Assembly (NCBI RefSeq): GCF_006345805.1
Contig: NC_043001.1
Coordinates: 71,920,001 to 71,984,000, forward strand
DNA length: 64,000 bases
Direction of reading: 5' to 3'
From: Octopus sinensis
Lineage: Eukaryota
Part shown: positions 12,296-24,900 of the stretch, in pieces
Layout of the letters: each line of letters opens with the position of its first letter
Position numbering within the stretch: the first letter of the stretch is position 1
The notes under the pieces: generated by a model
Databases searched by the model: none
The model's input: the letters and a program-made list of their open reading frames with translations, nothing else
What the model was told of the DNA's origin: nothing
Position numbers and translations under genes: made by a program

Positions 12296-12934
12296 TATAT
12301 ACTTTTTATTTATTTTATTATTATGTACATTACTTAATCATTGGTATATGTTTTTATCATATATTTAATTTTTTTCTATATGGTATAATTTAATTATTTC
12401 ATTATTGAATTGATAAAAGGTGGGTTTTTCTCTAATTTATATACATATCTTATGTTTTGTGAAATTTGATTTAGTATTACTAAATCGAATTTTTCCCTGT
12501 AAGTTTGGAATAGTATTCCTTATTATTATTATTATTATTATTATATTATATTATATATATATATGATGAACTCTCCTGTCATTAGATAACGTATGACAAT
12601 TTCTTATCAAGCAACCACTTAGATGATTTGTCTATAGTGATCAAATGTTTGAGTACACATAAGCTCACTCCCTCCATCAAATTGACATGACCTGTACAGG
12701 CGCAACAGGTGCCACATGTCAGATGACAAAATGATCGCAGAGCAACGCGAAATGAAGTGCTTTATTCAAGAATACAACACAACACCCAGTATGGGAATCG
12801 AACCCACAATCCCGCAATTGTGAGTGCAACACCCTAACCACTGTATCTGACCATATGTCTCTGGCCAATGGGTTTGATGAGTTGTCCATAGTGCTAAGTG
12901 CAGATTTTCAGATCAGGACAACCACATGATTTGG

Positions 12935-14035
12935 ATTTTCTCCATTTTGACAGGGATTTTTTTTCCATTTTTCTTTACAGTGTGGCCTTCGAAATGATGG
13001 GGGAGAAAGCTGTCTGTAAAAAAAAATTTTCGAAAATTTATGATTCTTATCTACCACCTTACTCAGACGGATTGCGCCCCCCCCCCCACCTCTTTTTTTT
13101 GCGCTATGCACTTAAAAACGATGGGAGAAGCCTTTTCGGTAATAATAACAAAATTTTTAATATTTTCAGAAGAAAAGGCATGTGATTTAAGGGAGATTTA
13201 ATTGTTTCTAGCATATACTACGACCACCTAGTGCCTTCCGCATTTCTTTCCACCCCAGCCCCTCCACAGCAAGCGAGTCCGCACGCACTTGTGCATGCGT
13301 GTGTGTGTGACCGCATGTAAGAAAAAACATATTTACTAACAGAAAAGTATAGACCTGTACTTTTAAAACAAAAATAAATTGAAATTTTATTTTCTTTCAA
13401 TCCCCACACCAGGTCCGTTTCTCTTTATAATTTAAAAATATTAAAGGGCATAAGAAAGTCATTGCTGGGAATTATCCACAGTGATTTAAAATAGGTATGC
13501 AAAAGATAATTTATTTCAATAGCATACTTTTCTGTTAGTACATATGTTTTTCTCACAGACTCGCTTGTTGCAGGAGGGTGGGATTTAAATTACAATTTTT
13601 CTTTTTTCTTTTTTTTTTTTGCTTAAATTCCACCAAATGACCACCATTTCATAAAATGCGCTTACGGGGCGAAAAATATTGAAAAATATCTATACAAGTC
13701 ATAATGACAAAGAAATGAGGAAAGCCTAAGATGTGCTAAGAACAGTTAAATCTCCCTTAAATCACACGCCTTTTCTTCTGAAAATATTTTCAAAACTTTT
13801 TTTTTTTTTACATAGGAAGATTCTCGTCGTTTTATAGTGGCAGTGCAAAAAAAAAATTGGCCAAAATCGATCCCGATCAGGATGCAAAAGGGGAGAGGGT
13901 TTTTTAAAAAATCAAACTTTCATAAATTCTTTTGCATAGAAAGCTTCCCCCTCCCCCATCACCACCCTCATCTTTGCGGTCGTGATGAATACACAAATTG
14001 GAAAAATTCCCGTCAAAACGGAGAAAAACAGCCTA
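12935..14035. mobile_element. Foldback / long-TIR (MULE-like) non-autonomous element
   Basis: About 12935-13215 is an imperfect reverse complement of about 13730-14035. An inner pair is about 13250-13350 versus 13520-13590. Confidence 0.6.
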
Positions 14036-14447
14036 TGTGTGCGTCCTAGTCTGAAACTCCACCGCTAAGAGCAATAATAGACGTGAAACCACTGGCCATA
14101 ACCAATGACTACAAAGTAAGCACCAGCATTGCTAAAAATGAGAGTCAAAACAATTCTTAGCCACGTGAGACAGGCTCCCTCCCTGCGAGATGGAGTCCTT
14201 GGGGGGAAAGGCTTCCATCTCTCCACCCACATTTTCTCCCAAATTTGTTTTTTTTTTTGTTTTGTTTTTTGCCAAAAATCCCCGTTTTCAGATACGGAGG
14301 TTCCGGAAAATTGCCAAAAATTGGCATTGTGAACTTTTTTCCTGCCAACTTCTTCAATTTTGACTTTTTTCCCCAACACTAACCCTATAACCCTGACCCT
14401 AAAACCCTAACAGGTTGTTTTTTTTGTTGGGGAACGGGCGGAAGACT

Positions 14448-14479
<32 letters not shown>

Positions 14480-15022
14480 GATCGTTTGTAGAAAATATAA
14501 ATCCGGAGAAGAAACACACTCTAAGATGTAGAGCAGCATATATTTCACTGGGGAAGACCGGTTTATGGGATTACCCGGTGTTTTACGTCCATAAAGGGTT
14601 TAACTTTATGGCGCATCGTCAGACCCCAAAACCTGTTGGCCTAAGACCTCTTCGACGATACGCCATAAAGTTAAGCCCTTATGGACGTGAAACCCAGGGT
14701 AATCTCATAAACCGACCTACCTCAGTGAAATATATATACATATATATATATATATATTATATATATATATATGATCGTTTGTAGAAAATATAAATCCGGA
14801 GAAGAAACACACTCTAAGATGTAGAGCAGCATATATTTCACTGGGGAAGACCGGTTTATGGGATTACCCGGTGTTTTACGTCCATAAAGGGTTTAACTTT
14901 ATGGCGCATCGTCAGACCCCAAAACCTGTTGGCCTAAGACCTCTTCGACGATACGCCATAAAGTTAAGCCCTTATGGACGTGAAACCCAGGGTAATCTCA
15001 TAAACCGACCTACCTCAGTGAA

Positions 15023-15023
<1 letters not shown>
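14480..15023. repeat. Tandem duplication, period 293 bp, each unit holding an 83-bp-arm hairpin
   Basis: gatcgtttgtagaaaat at 14480 and 14773, separated by (TA)n. Internal inverted repeat 14538-14620 versus 14654-14735. Confidence 0.88.
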
Positions 15024-15066
<43 letters not shown>

Positions 15067-16401
15067 CCCTGTGCAACCTTATGCGAACCCATAACCCATA
15101 CATAAAATTATAAGTCCTCCATTTCACGTTTTGCCTGGATCTATTAATAGCTTGGCATGACCGCGGGGTGCTTCAGTTCTATCTCAACATCTTAAGAGAT
15201 TCACTAACGTAGCTGCAGAGGGGCGGTCCGTGCTGGGCGACACCAGATTTGGGTCGGCGGAGGTAAAGAATGCGTACACCACCCGTTTTCGGCGTAACAA
15301 AAACCCTAACCCTACATATTTTTGACCCGTCTCTGCAGGGAAGAAAAAAATAGGTTTGGGATTATGGACAATAGGACTTTAATTATCAGTAAGCTCAACT
15401 TTATAACTCGATACCTAAAATATTTACGCTTGTGAATTCTACCACTCTTCACTGCATCTTTTACATAACAATAATTTACGCACAAGGGCACGGGGTTATT
15501 GATACCAGTAAAGGATAGCGGTTGTTTGAATCGACCCTACTAGGATGAAAGACAAAGGGTGACAGACAAAGGGTGAAAGACCTCAGTAGAATATGAACAC
15601 AAAATGTAAACGGCCGGCACCCCATCAATTCTGCCGTCCACCAGTTTCAATCATATTTTTTCTGTAATATACATAAAAGGTACAAGAAATAACCTATATA
15701 ATATAGTTATAACCGATATTCAGTGTACAGCTTGATTTACCGCTTCCTGTGGGTGATGGGATAAGAGGGTAAGGCAACCTTGCTTGGACGTTGAATTCGG
15801 AACGTAAACAAATGTATGAAAACAATGTAAGGCGTTTTACCAACAAGGCATGGGATTTGAAATTTTGTAAGTAGGGGGCTTGTCGATTACATCGATCCCA
15901 GTGCTCAACCGGTATTTTATCGACCTCGAAAGGTTAAAAATCAAAATCGACTTCGGCGAAATTTGAACTCAGAACGTAGAGATCTTAGAGGAGAAATACT
16001 GCTCTGCATTTTGTCCGACGAGCTAATTACAATGTTTCCTTTATATTTCTACACGAGCGACACTAATAAACAGTGGGAAATGCAACAAACAGGAATATTT
16101 GGGGTATCACAAAGAGAACATAAATGGCAAAAATACAAGAGAAAATACAATAGAAATTCTATAAATACACACATACATTCACGGGCTCTAATATTTATAC
16201 GTAATCTTGAGAAATTAAGCTCGCGAGGACCTTTTCGATAGTTTGGTTTAAGAATCGAAATCACAGTAATTTGCGCACCTCTCCCTCACAATGTATATAG
16301 ATGCACACATATATAACGAGATGCATTACATAGGTATACAGACGCAGAGATATATTAATATGTATATATACACACAATAAAAATAAACAACACTGCCTTA
16401 C

Positions 16402-16636
16402 CAAAGGCTGCTCCAGTTGCAAGAGATATAATTCCATATTTTGCATAAGAAGCACTTGTTTTATGAAAACATTGCTGGTGATAATAATTCCTATATTGAT
16501 ATTGTTTACGATGCCCGGAGTAAACTGAGTGGCCGGAATTATTCAGGTTTGAATAATAACACGCTGGTGATATGTGACGCACTACGGCTTCGAAATTACA
16601 CGAAGCTGTAGACTTCAGTAACCTCGCCAATGCCAT
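16402..16636 (-). CDS. SUOX: Sulfite oxidase exon 1 (probable mitochondrial targeting peptide and hydrophobic segment)
   Basis: ATG at 16636. MALARLLKST... is Arg/Ser-rich and nearly free of acidic residues. It ends GAAF-G|gtaagg (phase 1), which joins exon 2 in frame as G-L-Y-A-Y. Confidence 0.85.
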
Positions 16637-17248
16637 AAATGTTCAGTAATCGAGCTTATAATAGATTTTGCAGAAAAGTCTAGTGATTAGTATTGTTATT
16701 ATTATAGTCGAAATATGTGCAACTTATGAGAGAGAGAAACGAAAGAGTTTGTTTTACAAGTTTTTAGCTCGCCTTCTGCTTGTCGGGAACGTGGAAAGTG
16801 AAGAATAACAAGCATTTGATTAAACGTCGATTTCTTGTTTCGTTTTCCGCTAATTTCTCAACTATTGTCACATTTTCAGCTTTACATATCACGAGTGAAA
16901 CTGAAACTTTACTGACGAAAAGAGACAGGATTACAGGCTATGTGTGTGTGTATATTATATATATATATATATATATGAAACTATTAAGTAGCGCTTTAAT
17001 ACATGTATTGTGACCTATAAATAAATAGTATTTATCTCTCACCAAATGGAGTACTTTAGATAGATAGATAAACATACAGATATAAATATAGAAAGACAGA
17101 GATGTGTGTGTATATATGCATGTATATGTGGTATATTTAATCTTGTTTCACTCATTAGACTGCGGCCATGCTGGGGCACCACCTTGAAGAATCTTCGTCG
17201 AATGAATCTACCACAGTACTTTTTGTTTTTAAGTCTGGTACTTTTTCT

Positions 17249-17391
17249 GTCGGTTCCTTTTTACCGATCCGTTAGTTACGGGGACGTAAACATACCAACA
17301 TCGCTTGTCAAGAGATGGTGTCGGTTCCTTTTTACCGATCCGTTAGTTACGGGGACGTAAACATACCAACATCGCTTGTCAAGAGATGGTG
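17249..17391. repeat. 71-bp direct tandem duplication inside a SINE remnant
   Basis: gtcggttcctttttaccgatcc...aagagatggtg starts at 17249 and 17320. Confidence 0.9.
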
Positions 17392-17865
17392 GGGCACATA
17401 AAGCGTAAATTTTGGGAAGTACACCCGTACACGTTTCGCTAAGAAAAAAAAACCGGATTTTTTTCGCGGGATCAAGTACCCTCACTCCTTCCCCTTAATG
17501 TGCCGCAAACCCCTTATTTTTGTTCGGGGGGAAAAAAAGCTGGGGTGGGATACCGGACCCCACTCCTAACCCAGAATCATGGGAAATTTTGTGGGTTTTT
17601 TGTTGTTGTTGAATGACTTACGGTGGCCTCCTAATATGTCACAAAACCCATTGTTTTTTCCGGAGAACGGGGGTGGGATGGAATCCTCGGAAATTTCACC
17701 CCTCCCCTTCCCGGAATCATTGGAAAATGCTTGTTTGTTTTTTCGTTGAATGAATTACGATGGCCGCCTAATATGCCACAAAACACTTTTTTGTCCGGAA
17801 AACTGGAGTTAGAGTGGGGTGGAACACCCGGAAATTTCACCTCCACCTCCAACATTTTACATAAA

Positions 17866-18246
17866 TCTTCTCTATATATATAAACGGCAGTTTGTCTGTG
17901 TGTGTGTCTGTGTCTGTTAGGTTGTACCCTCACCCTGACCACGGCTTTCAACCGATTCTGATGAAACTTGATACACATATAGCCCAATGTCATAATTCAA
18001 AACTAACGCAGCGAAAATTTTGAAAAGTTCCCCCAGTTCTGAAAAAAATCGATAAATTCGACATGGGGTCGAGAATCAGAAACACAAACCACAGACTGTC
18101 TAGGGGACGCAACTCGACCTTTTTAACTCAAAAAAATTTACCATAATGTTTTTCCCTTTTTTTGCTATTTTTTAGCTATAACTCTCTAAAAATGCTTTAT
18201 AGTTATTTCCTTTACAAACCCGAGCAACGCCGGGTGATACTGCTAG
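17866..18246 (+). mobile_element. Non-autonomous Helitron
   Basis: A|TC 5' end. 3' hairpin CCCG-agcaacgc-CGGG, then CTAG|T. Confidence 0.75.
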
Positions 18247-18377
18247 TACGTTGATAAAATTTAGGAAAAAGTTTGTATTTCGTTGTGATTAGTCCAGCAA
18301 GGTATGTAATAGGTTATTTTTATGGAACAATTTCATATTAATCTTTGTGTGTGTGTCCACATATACATACACACTCT

Positions 18378-18631
18378 CATCATCATCATCATCATCAATC
18401 ATCGTTTAGCGTTCGCTTTCCATGCTAGCATGGGTTGGACGGTTCAATTGGGGTCTGGGAAGCCAGAAGGCTGCACCAGGCCCAGTCTGATCTGGCAATG
18501 TTTCTACGGCTGGATGCCCTTCCTAACGCCAACCACTCCGTGAGTGTAGTGGGTGCTTTTTACGTGCCACCGTCACAGGTGCCAGACGAGGCTGGCAAAT
18601 GGCCACGATCTGATGGTGCTTTTTACATGCC

Positions 18632-18632
<1 letters not shown>
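18378..18632 (-). mobile_element. RTE-tail SINE or RTE 3' fragment with (GAT)n tail (representative copy)
   Basis: Matches the 3' end of the RTE at about 45480-45762. Other copies lie near 20600-20800, 21015-21370, 40915-41345, 49190-49400, 58520-58750 and 59620-59960. Confidence 0.8.
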
Positions 18633-18666
<34 letters not shown>

Positions 18667-18844
18667 GTTAGACAGATAGATATAGATGCATATACACACA
18701 CATTTCGTTGACTACGACTTCATTAAAAATATTTTTAGCATAAAATACAAATACACTCAATATAAATGTTAACATATTAATATTATTGAAATGAGTTGTC
18801 AGTGTTATTTTCATTTTTGCATAATTTAGACAACAGTTTCTTTA

Positions 18845-18896
<52 letters not shown>

Positions 18897-18899
18897 TGT

Positions 18900-19495
18900 A
18901 ATGGATCTTGCCTGCATGACGTGGATTCAATCCACCATAGCCAAATTTAATTTAACACTGCAACAGAACTTTTCCCATGGAGGAACAATGGTTTTTCTCT
19001 GACAGCAGTTTTACATTTTCCAGATGCCTTTAGCTAGGCCGAAATAATGTCTTCACCACTTGACCCTTTCTAACCTCTTCTACTTCACCAAAAGCTAGAA
19101 TAGAGATAACAAGGCCACCAACAAAATCTATTGTTCTCAATGATATGTCTATTCTTCTGGATAGTTATAAAAAGCAAGAACACCCCAAGCAAAAATTCGT
19201 CGTTGACGACTCAATGAGAACGAAGTCTGGCTGGCCAGCTAGAACCTTGGTCAGAGGAGAAATGAAGTTTACTGTCAGCAACTGTGAGACAACGTCCCAC
19301 ACACTACAACTTTCACTAGCTCTAATTCTGTTCTCTTACAACATCATTCTATCTCTCTCTGTAATTACTACTAAAGACAATGAAGAGGACACAAACACAA
19401 ACTTTACTTCGCATGCTTTTGGATTTATCATAACCTGCCTGTCATGGCAAGGTATTTTTAACGTAACAGTAAATAAATACTTTCTAAAAATTTAA
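18900..19495 (-). repeat. Dispersed repeat, probable LINE 3' fragment
   Basis: Similar sequence at about 32520-32880 and 53735-53815 (gccaaatttaatttaacactgcaacagaacttttcc). Family not recognised. Confidence 0.5.
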
Positions 19496-19569
19496 TGCAG
19501 AGTTCATCTTTCACATCCTACAGTATGCAATTATAACAACAAAACTTTATTGTTACAAATACTTATTGT

Positions 19570-19612
<43 letters not shown>

Positions 19613-19632
19613 AATATATATATATATGTTAC

Positions 19633-19680
<48 letters not shown>

Positions 19681-19701
19681 TATATATATGTTACATATAT
19701 A

Positions 19702-19741
<40 letters not shown>

Positions 19742-19743
19742 TA

Positions 19744-19784
<41 letters not shown>

Positions 19785-20069
19785 TATATATATAAATGAT
19801 TGCAAAAATTAGAGTCAACAAGAAGGAGTACGGTTGGACATTTATCATTTAATCACTACAATTGTTTCCACGCAACATAATTCTCCAGGCATGAAGGTAC
19901 TTGATTATGCCACTGTTTCCCTGTATTCTGTTGTGTTTTCTCGTGCAATATATAAGTATTGTCTCTGTAAGCTCAAAATCCTCGGCTTCAAGAACATACT
20001 TTCTGTCTGTTGTGGCCTAAATTTAGTAGTAATCACTGAGCTTATCAGGAGGTGTTGTTACTGAAGAGC

Positions 20070-20421
20070 CATTGGTAAACCGATTTGAATGTGTAGATGT
20101 AGCGTGATAGTGATTCTGTTACTGTTAAAGTGGTTGCTGTTTTACAGGGATTGGCATTTGATTTGATCACCCTGTTGATTTGTTCTTCACAGTTGGTTAC
20201 TAACTTCCTACATCATTCTCAAGATCCAGAGCAAATCACAGAAGGCCTTGATTTGTATACGGAAAATGACTTCCAGGTTGGATTCCAAAAATGGCAGAAA
20301 TGTTGGGGCCAGTGTATTTCTGTGCAAGGTAAGTATTTTGAAGGAGAGAATGTTAAAACTTCGGTAAATAAGTTATTTTTTTTAAACATAATTAATCTGA
20401 GAATCTTTTGTAATCACCTCG
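20070..20421 (+). mobile_element. Mariner right-end remnant
   Basis: FQKWQKCWGQCISVQGKYFEG resembles a mariner transposase C-terminus. The TIR (reverse complement CGAGGTGATTACAAAAGATTCTC) is followed by TA. Confidence 0.6.
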
Positions 20422-21460
20422 TATATATATTTATATTTATATATAGAAAGACATGGGACAAAGTACTTAAGGACGACCTCAGAATGCCGAACCTATCAGG
20501 CAAGATGACAAAGGACCAAGATACTTGGTGCCTTGCTGTACTCAAGAAGACCTGTACTCCACAGCAGAAGTGTTAGGGCTGGTCTCCTCGATGAAGAGGA
20601 TTAGCCTGCAAGAGTCCTGTGCTAGTGCCACATCAAAACACCCAGCACACTCTGTAAAGTGGTTGGCATTAGGAAGGGTATCTAGCTGTAGAAAACATGG
20701 CAAATCAGACTGGAGTCTGGTGCAGCTAACCAGCTTGCCAGCCCTAATTATACCATCCAACCCTTGCCAGCATGGACAATGAACATTAAATGATGATGGT
20801 GATGTATATATATATATCTGAATAGAATAAACAGAACAGGAGGAGTCACATCGGATGTCGAGGTGCTGAAGAGATCACAGGATGTGTGATGAAAGATTTC
20901 CAATCAAAGGACATCAAATAAGAACAATAATAAATCTGAAATGAAGAACAGATATATAGTGCGTGTGTTTATTTGACAAAAAAATATGACATCCCAAAAT
21001 ATTGAGTGTGTCGTCATCATCATCATCATCGTTTAACGTCTGTTTTCCATGCTGACATGGATTGGACAGTTTGACTGAGGTCTGGAAAGCCAGTGGCTGC
21101 ACAAGGCTCCAATCTGATTTGGCAATGTTTCTACAACTGGATGCCCTTCCTAACGCCAACCACTCCAAGAGTGTAGTGGGTGCTTTTTACATGCCACCAG
21201 CACAAGAGCCAGTCAGGCAGCCCTGGCATCAATCATGTTCAGAATAGAGCATTTTACATGCCACCAACACGTGAGCCAGTTAGGGGGCACTGGCATCAAC
21301 TCGTTCAGATGGTGCATTTTACATTGGCACGGGAGCCAGTCAGGGGGCATTGACCACAGCTACAATTTTGGTTTTACTTGAATCAATAGATCTTCTCAAA
21401 TATATATATATATATATGTATGTATGTATGTATGTACGTATGTATATATGTATATATATA

Positions 21461-21500
<40 letters not shown>

Positions 21501-21840
21501 TGTGTGTATATACATATATATATATATATATATCTATATATATATATATAATATATATATGTATATATACAAACGCACAAACATATACATACATACTTAT
21601 TCTTTTATTTGTTATTTGTTTCAGTCATTGGACTACAATAAATCAATGGGTTTGTAATGGGCAGATGGCTCCAGGATGGCAATTACAATTAGGTGAATTA
21701 GGTGAACTTCAGACTTTAACATAGTTGTTTTTAAAAGATTTTGCAATAATAAATATATTCTTGAAAACATATTTCGAAAACCTTTGGAAAAAGTACCTTT
21801 TTCACACCACCCTAATATACATACATACATACATACATAT

Positions 21841-21901
<61 letters not shown>

Positions 21902-22581
21902 ATATATTATATATATATATTATATATATAATGTACATACACACACACACAACTGTGACATATAATGCAAGGCAAGGAAAATGTAATACCAATGAAGGCT
22001 AGCAGGTCAAATCATTGAAATCACTGTCACCACTTATAAATGTATTATACATACATGCATGCATGCATACATGCATATATACATACATGCATACATACAT
22101 ACATACATACATACATACATACATACATACATACATACATACATACATACATACATACAAACAAACAAACAAACAAACAAACAAACAAACAATATTTTTG
22201 CTTTTCTTATTTTAGTTTATTTCACAAATAGTTTTAATGTTATTTTCATAAGCACAAATTTTTTACTTGACAGCTTTTTCCAATTCACAAAGGCCTTTCT
22301 ATATCCTTGCAAGCTTTTTTTAAAAATACTATAACATTTTTTTTTTAAATACAGTATTACTCAATATGACTTCAAGTTCTGTAAGTAATAAATATTTTAT
22401 GTTTTCTCAATTTTTAAACTATTTTAATCGATTTATTTGTACCTCTGATGAGAGAAATGTGACTATTTGTATCAGCTGGAAAACTCTCCTCAAAACAATC
22501 GTAAGGTTCTGTAATACTGCTTTTCTTTGGATTGTAATATTGGAGCACTTCAAACCTAACATCTTGATGAATTTTTATGTA

Positions 22582-23131
22582 TTGGGTTGTCCGGAAAGTT
22601 CGTGCCGATTCATAGTAGCTTACCTTTCGACTAATTTTAGAACATAGTTGAGTCCATAAAATAGGATTTGATTACACCGCCATTTTGAGCACAGTTTAAG
22701 CTATCTTTTCGTGGAAGAAGGTTTATGTTCCAATAACCTGTGTTAAAATGGAAGATAGGAAAGTTCATTTTTGGCACTTGATGCTTTGGGAACCAGACAA
22801 AAATTGCTGCAGCTCAGCTGGGATGTGTTACCCCACCCTCCATATTCACCAGTTATTGCTCCTTCGGATTTCCACTTATTCAGGTCTCTGCAGAATAGTC
22901 TTAATGGTAAAAATTTCAACTCCTTAGATGACACAAAAAAGATACCTTGATGAATTCTTTGCCATGAAACCACCTCAGTTCTGGGAAGAGGGTATTTTCA
23001 AGTTAAAGGAAGATGGAGACACATTGTGCAACAAAATGGTTCATATTTGGTTGATTTAAAATGTAATGGCAAATATTTATTGACCTTTTTCTTTCCTTTA
23101 AAAATCGGCATGAACTTTCCGGACAACCCAA
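22582..23131 (+). mobile_element. Internally deleted mariner element with both TIRs
   Basis: TA|TTGGGTTGTCCGGAAAGTTCGTGCCGATT ... AATCGGCATGAACTTTCCGGACAACCCAA|TA. Internal WDVLPHPPYSPVIAPSDFHLFRSLQ motif. Confidence 0.9.
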
Positions 23132-23195
23132 TACTTTATATTCCTATGATAAAGGAACTTGACCCATGAAAACCTGTCATCCACTTTGATTTTTG

Positions 23196-23273
<78 letters not shown>

Positions 23274-23560
23274 CATCTACAAATCAAAAAAGAGCATACT
23301 CTGAGTTTAGTGTTTGATTGTTGGAAGAAAAATTACCCAACACTAAAGAAGAGATGAATAAAATTTTTATTTTGATCGAGTCAGTCTCTTGCTACTTGAG
23401 TTTCGCTTGTGAATATGTGTGTGCATGTGTAAGGGTGTAATGGAGAAGCTGGTAATTGTTCAGTTTAGGATATTATTAAAAAAGTAAATAAAAATTTAGG
23501 AGGAGATAACTAGTAAATGGACATAAATACTGGATATTATTTACTTTGGAATTGATCAGA

Positions 23561-23770
23561 ATGGCACGTGGAAGACGAGTGGGACTGCAATTCATTGTTC
23601 CTGAAATTGAAATCCTCAAATGTGAATCAATCTTGGAGGAATCTTGGAATATCACCCAATTAGCCAAATCATGAGACAAGATTCTTCAGTGGTTGGCATG
23701 GCATCGACTAATTATGAATTTATACACATGCAAAAATTGTAATTCGCCATGTTACCTTACTACAGTATTT
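23561..23770 (+). pseudogene. Possible Merlin/IS1595-like transposase N-terminal relic
   Basis: Reads MARGRR...*DKILQWLAWHRLIMNLYTCKNCNSPCYL, resembling the WL..L.N...C..C zinc-finger start of such transposases. One stop. No catalytic domain seen. Confidence 0.3.
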
Positions 23771-24647
23771 ATGTTAACAGTAAGTTGACTTATTTATGTC
23801 CCTTTACTAGTTATCACCCACCCCCAACACTTAATTTTTATTTACTTTTTTAATATCCCTAAACTGAACAATTATCAGAGATGTTTTATGATGTGATTCA
23901 TTAAGAAAGCAGAAAGCATGCTTAACTCGTATATCAGTCATAAATGTATGCTTTAGTTTACAGAAATTTTTGCACAGCATCAGTAGGAAGGTGATGTACC
24001 AAGGAAAGTAAAAGAATAGATACCATGTTATTTTGAAATAGCATTGTTATATACTGTGAAATAGGCAGTAAGTTGGCATAAAAAAAAATGCCTTGAAACA
24101 TTTGTCACATCACTTTGTTCTGAATTCAAAACCCACTAAGGTTAACTTTGCCTTTCATCCTTTCAAGTTAGATGAAATAAAGTACCAATCAAATGCTGGA
24201 GTCGATGGTATTGACTAAATCCCTTCCCTAAAAATTAATGGCATTTTTCCCGAATCAGTAACCTTTATTATAAATGAAATTATTTGTTAGTGACATAGCC
24301 TTTGCTAGTTTGAATGATCTGCCATACACGCTTGCCAACATAAGCACACGACAAGTGTTGCCTGTACATGTATTCAAAACATTATTGTAAAATAAATTTT
24401 TTTTTATTCTTTGTCATTTATGGTGAACATTCAAGATACACATTACAGCTATTCATTGCTTCCTATGTTGTGTGAATTATTGACAATAGACATTTTCTTA
24501 TCTGTGAGATTTTCATGAGATCCTGCTCGGTTTTATTAATGTTCTTGCCAAATGAGATTTAGCAATTAATTGAATAAACTAATTTTATGGCTGTTGTTAA
24601 ATGACTGACTACTTTTTATTTTATGCTGCTTAGTCCATAAATATACT

Positions 24648-24900
24648 AGAGTATCAGTGACAATGTTGTCTACACAGTTGAGTATTGATGACAAGATCAG
24701 ATGCATTGAAGAAGAGTATTGGTGACCTGTTATAGATACCATTAACATAGAGTATCAATAATCGGGTTATAGAAACAATGAAGTAGAGTATCAGTTAACC
24801 AGGTGGCAAATACAGTGGAGTATTGATGACAAGGTCACAGATGCAGTGAAATGGGGTATCAATGATCGGGTTATAGATGCAATGGAGTTGACAACAGAAT
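24648..24900. repeat. Degenerate 32-36 bp minisatellite
   Basis: About 7 units beginning (a)gagtat, for example agagtatcaataatcgggttataga and gggtatcaatgatcgggttataga. Confidence 0.65.

Noticed and set aside
17958-17975. CTGATGAAAC motif
   Set aside because: No stem II between core halves. It is part of the Helitron body.
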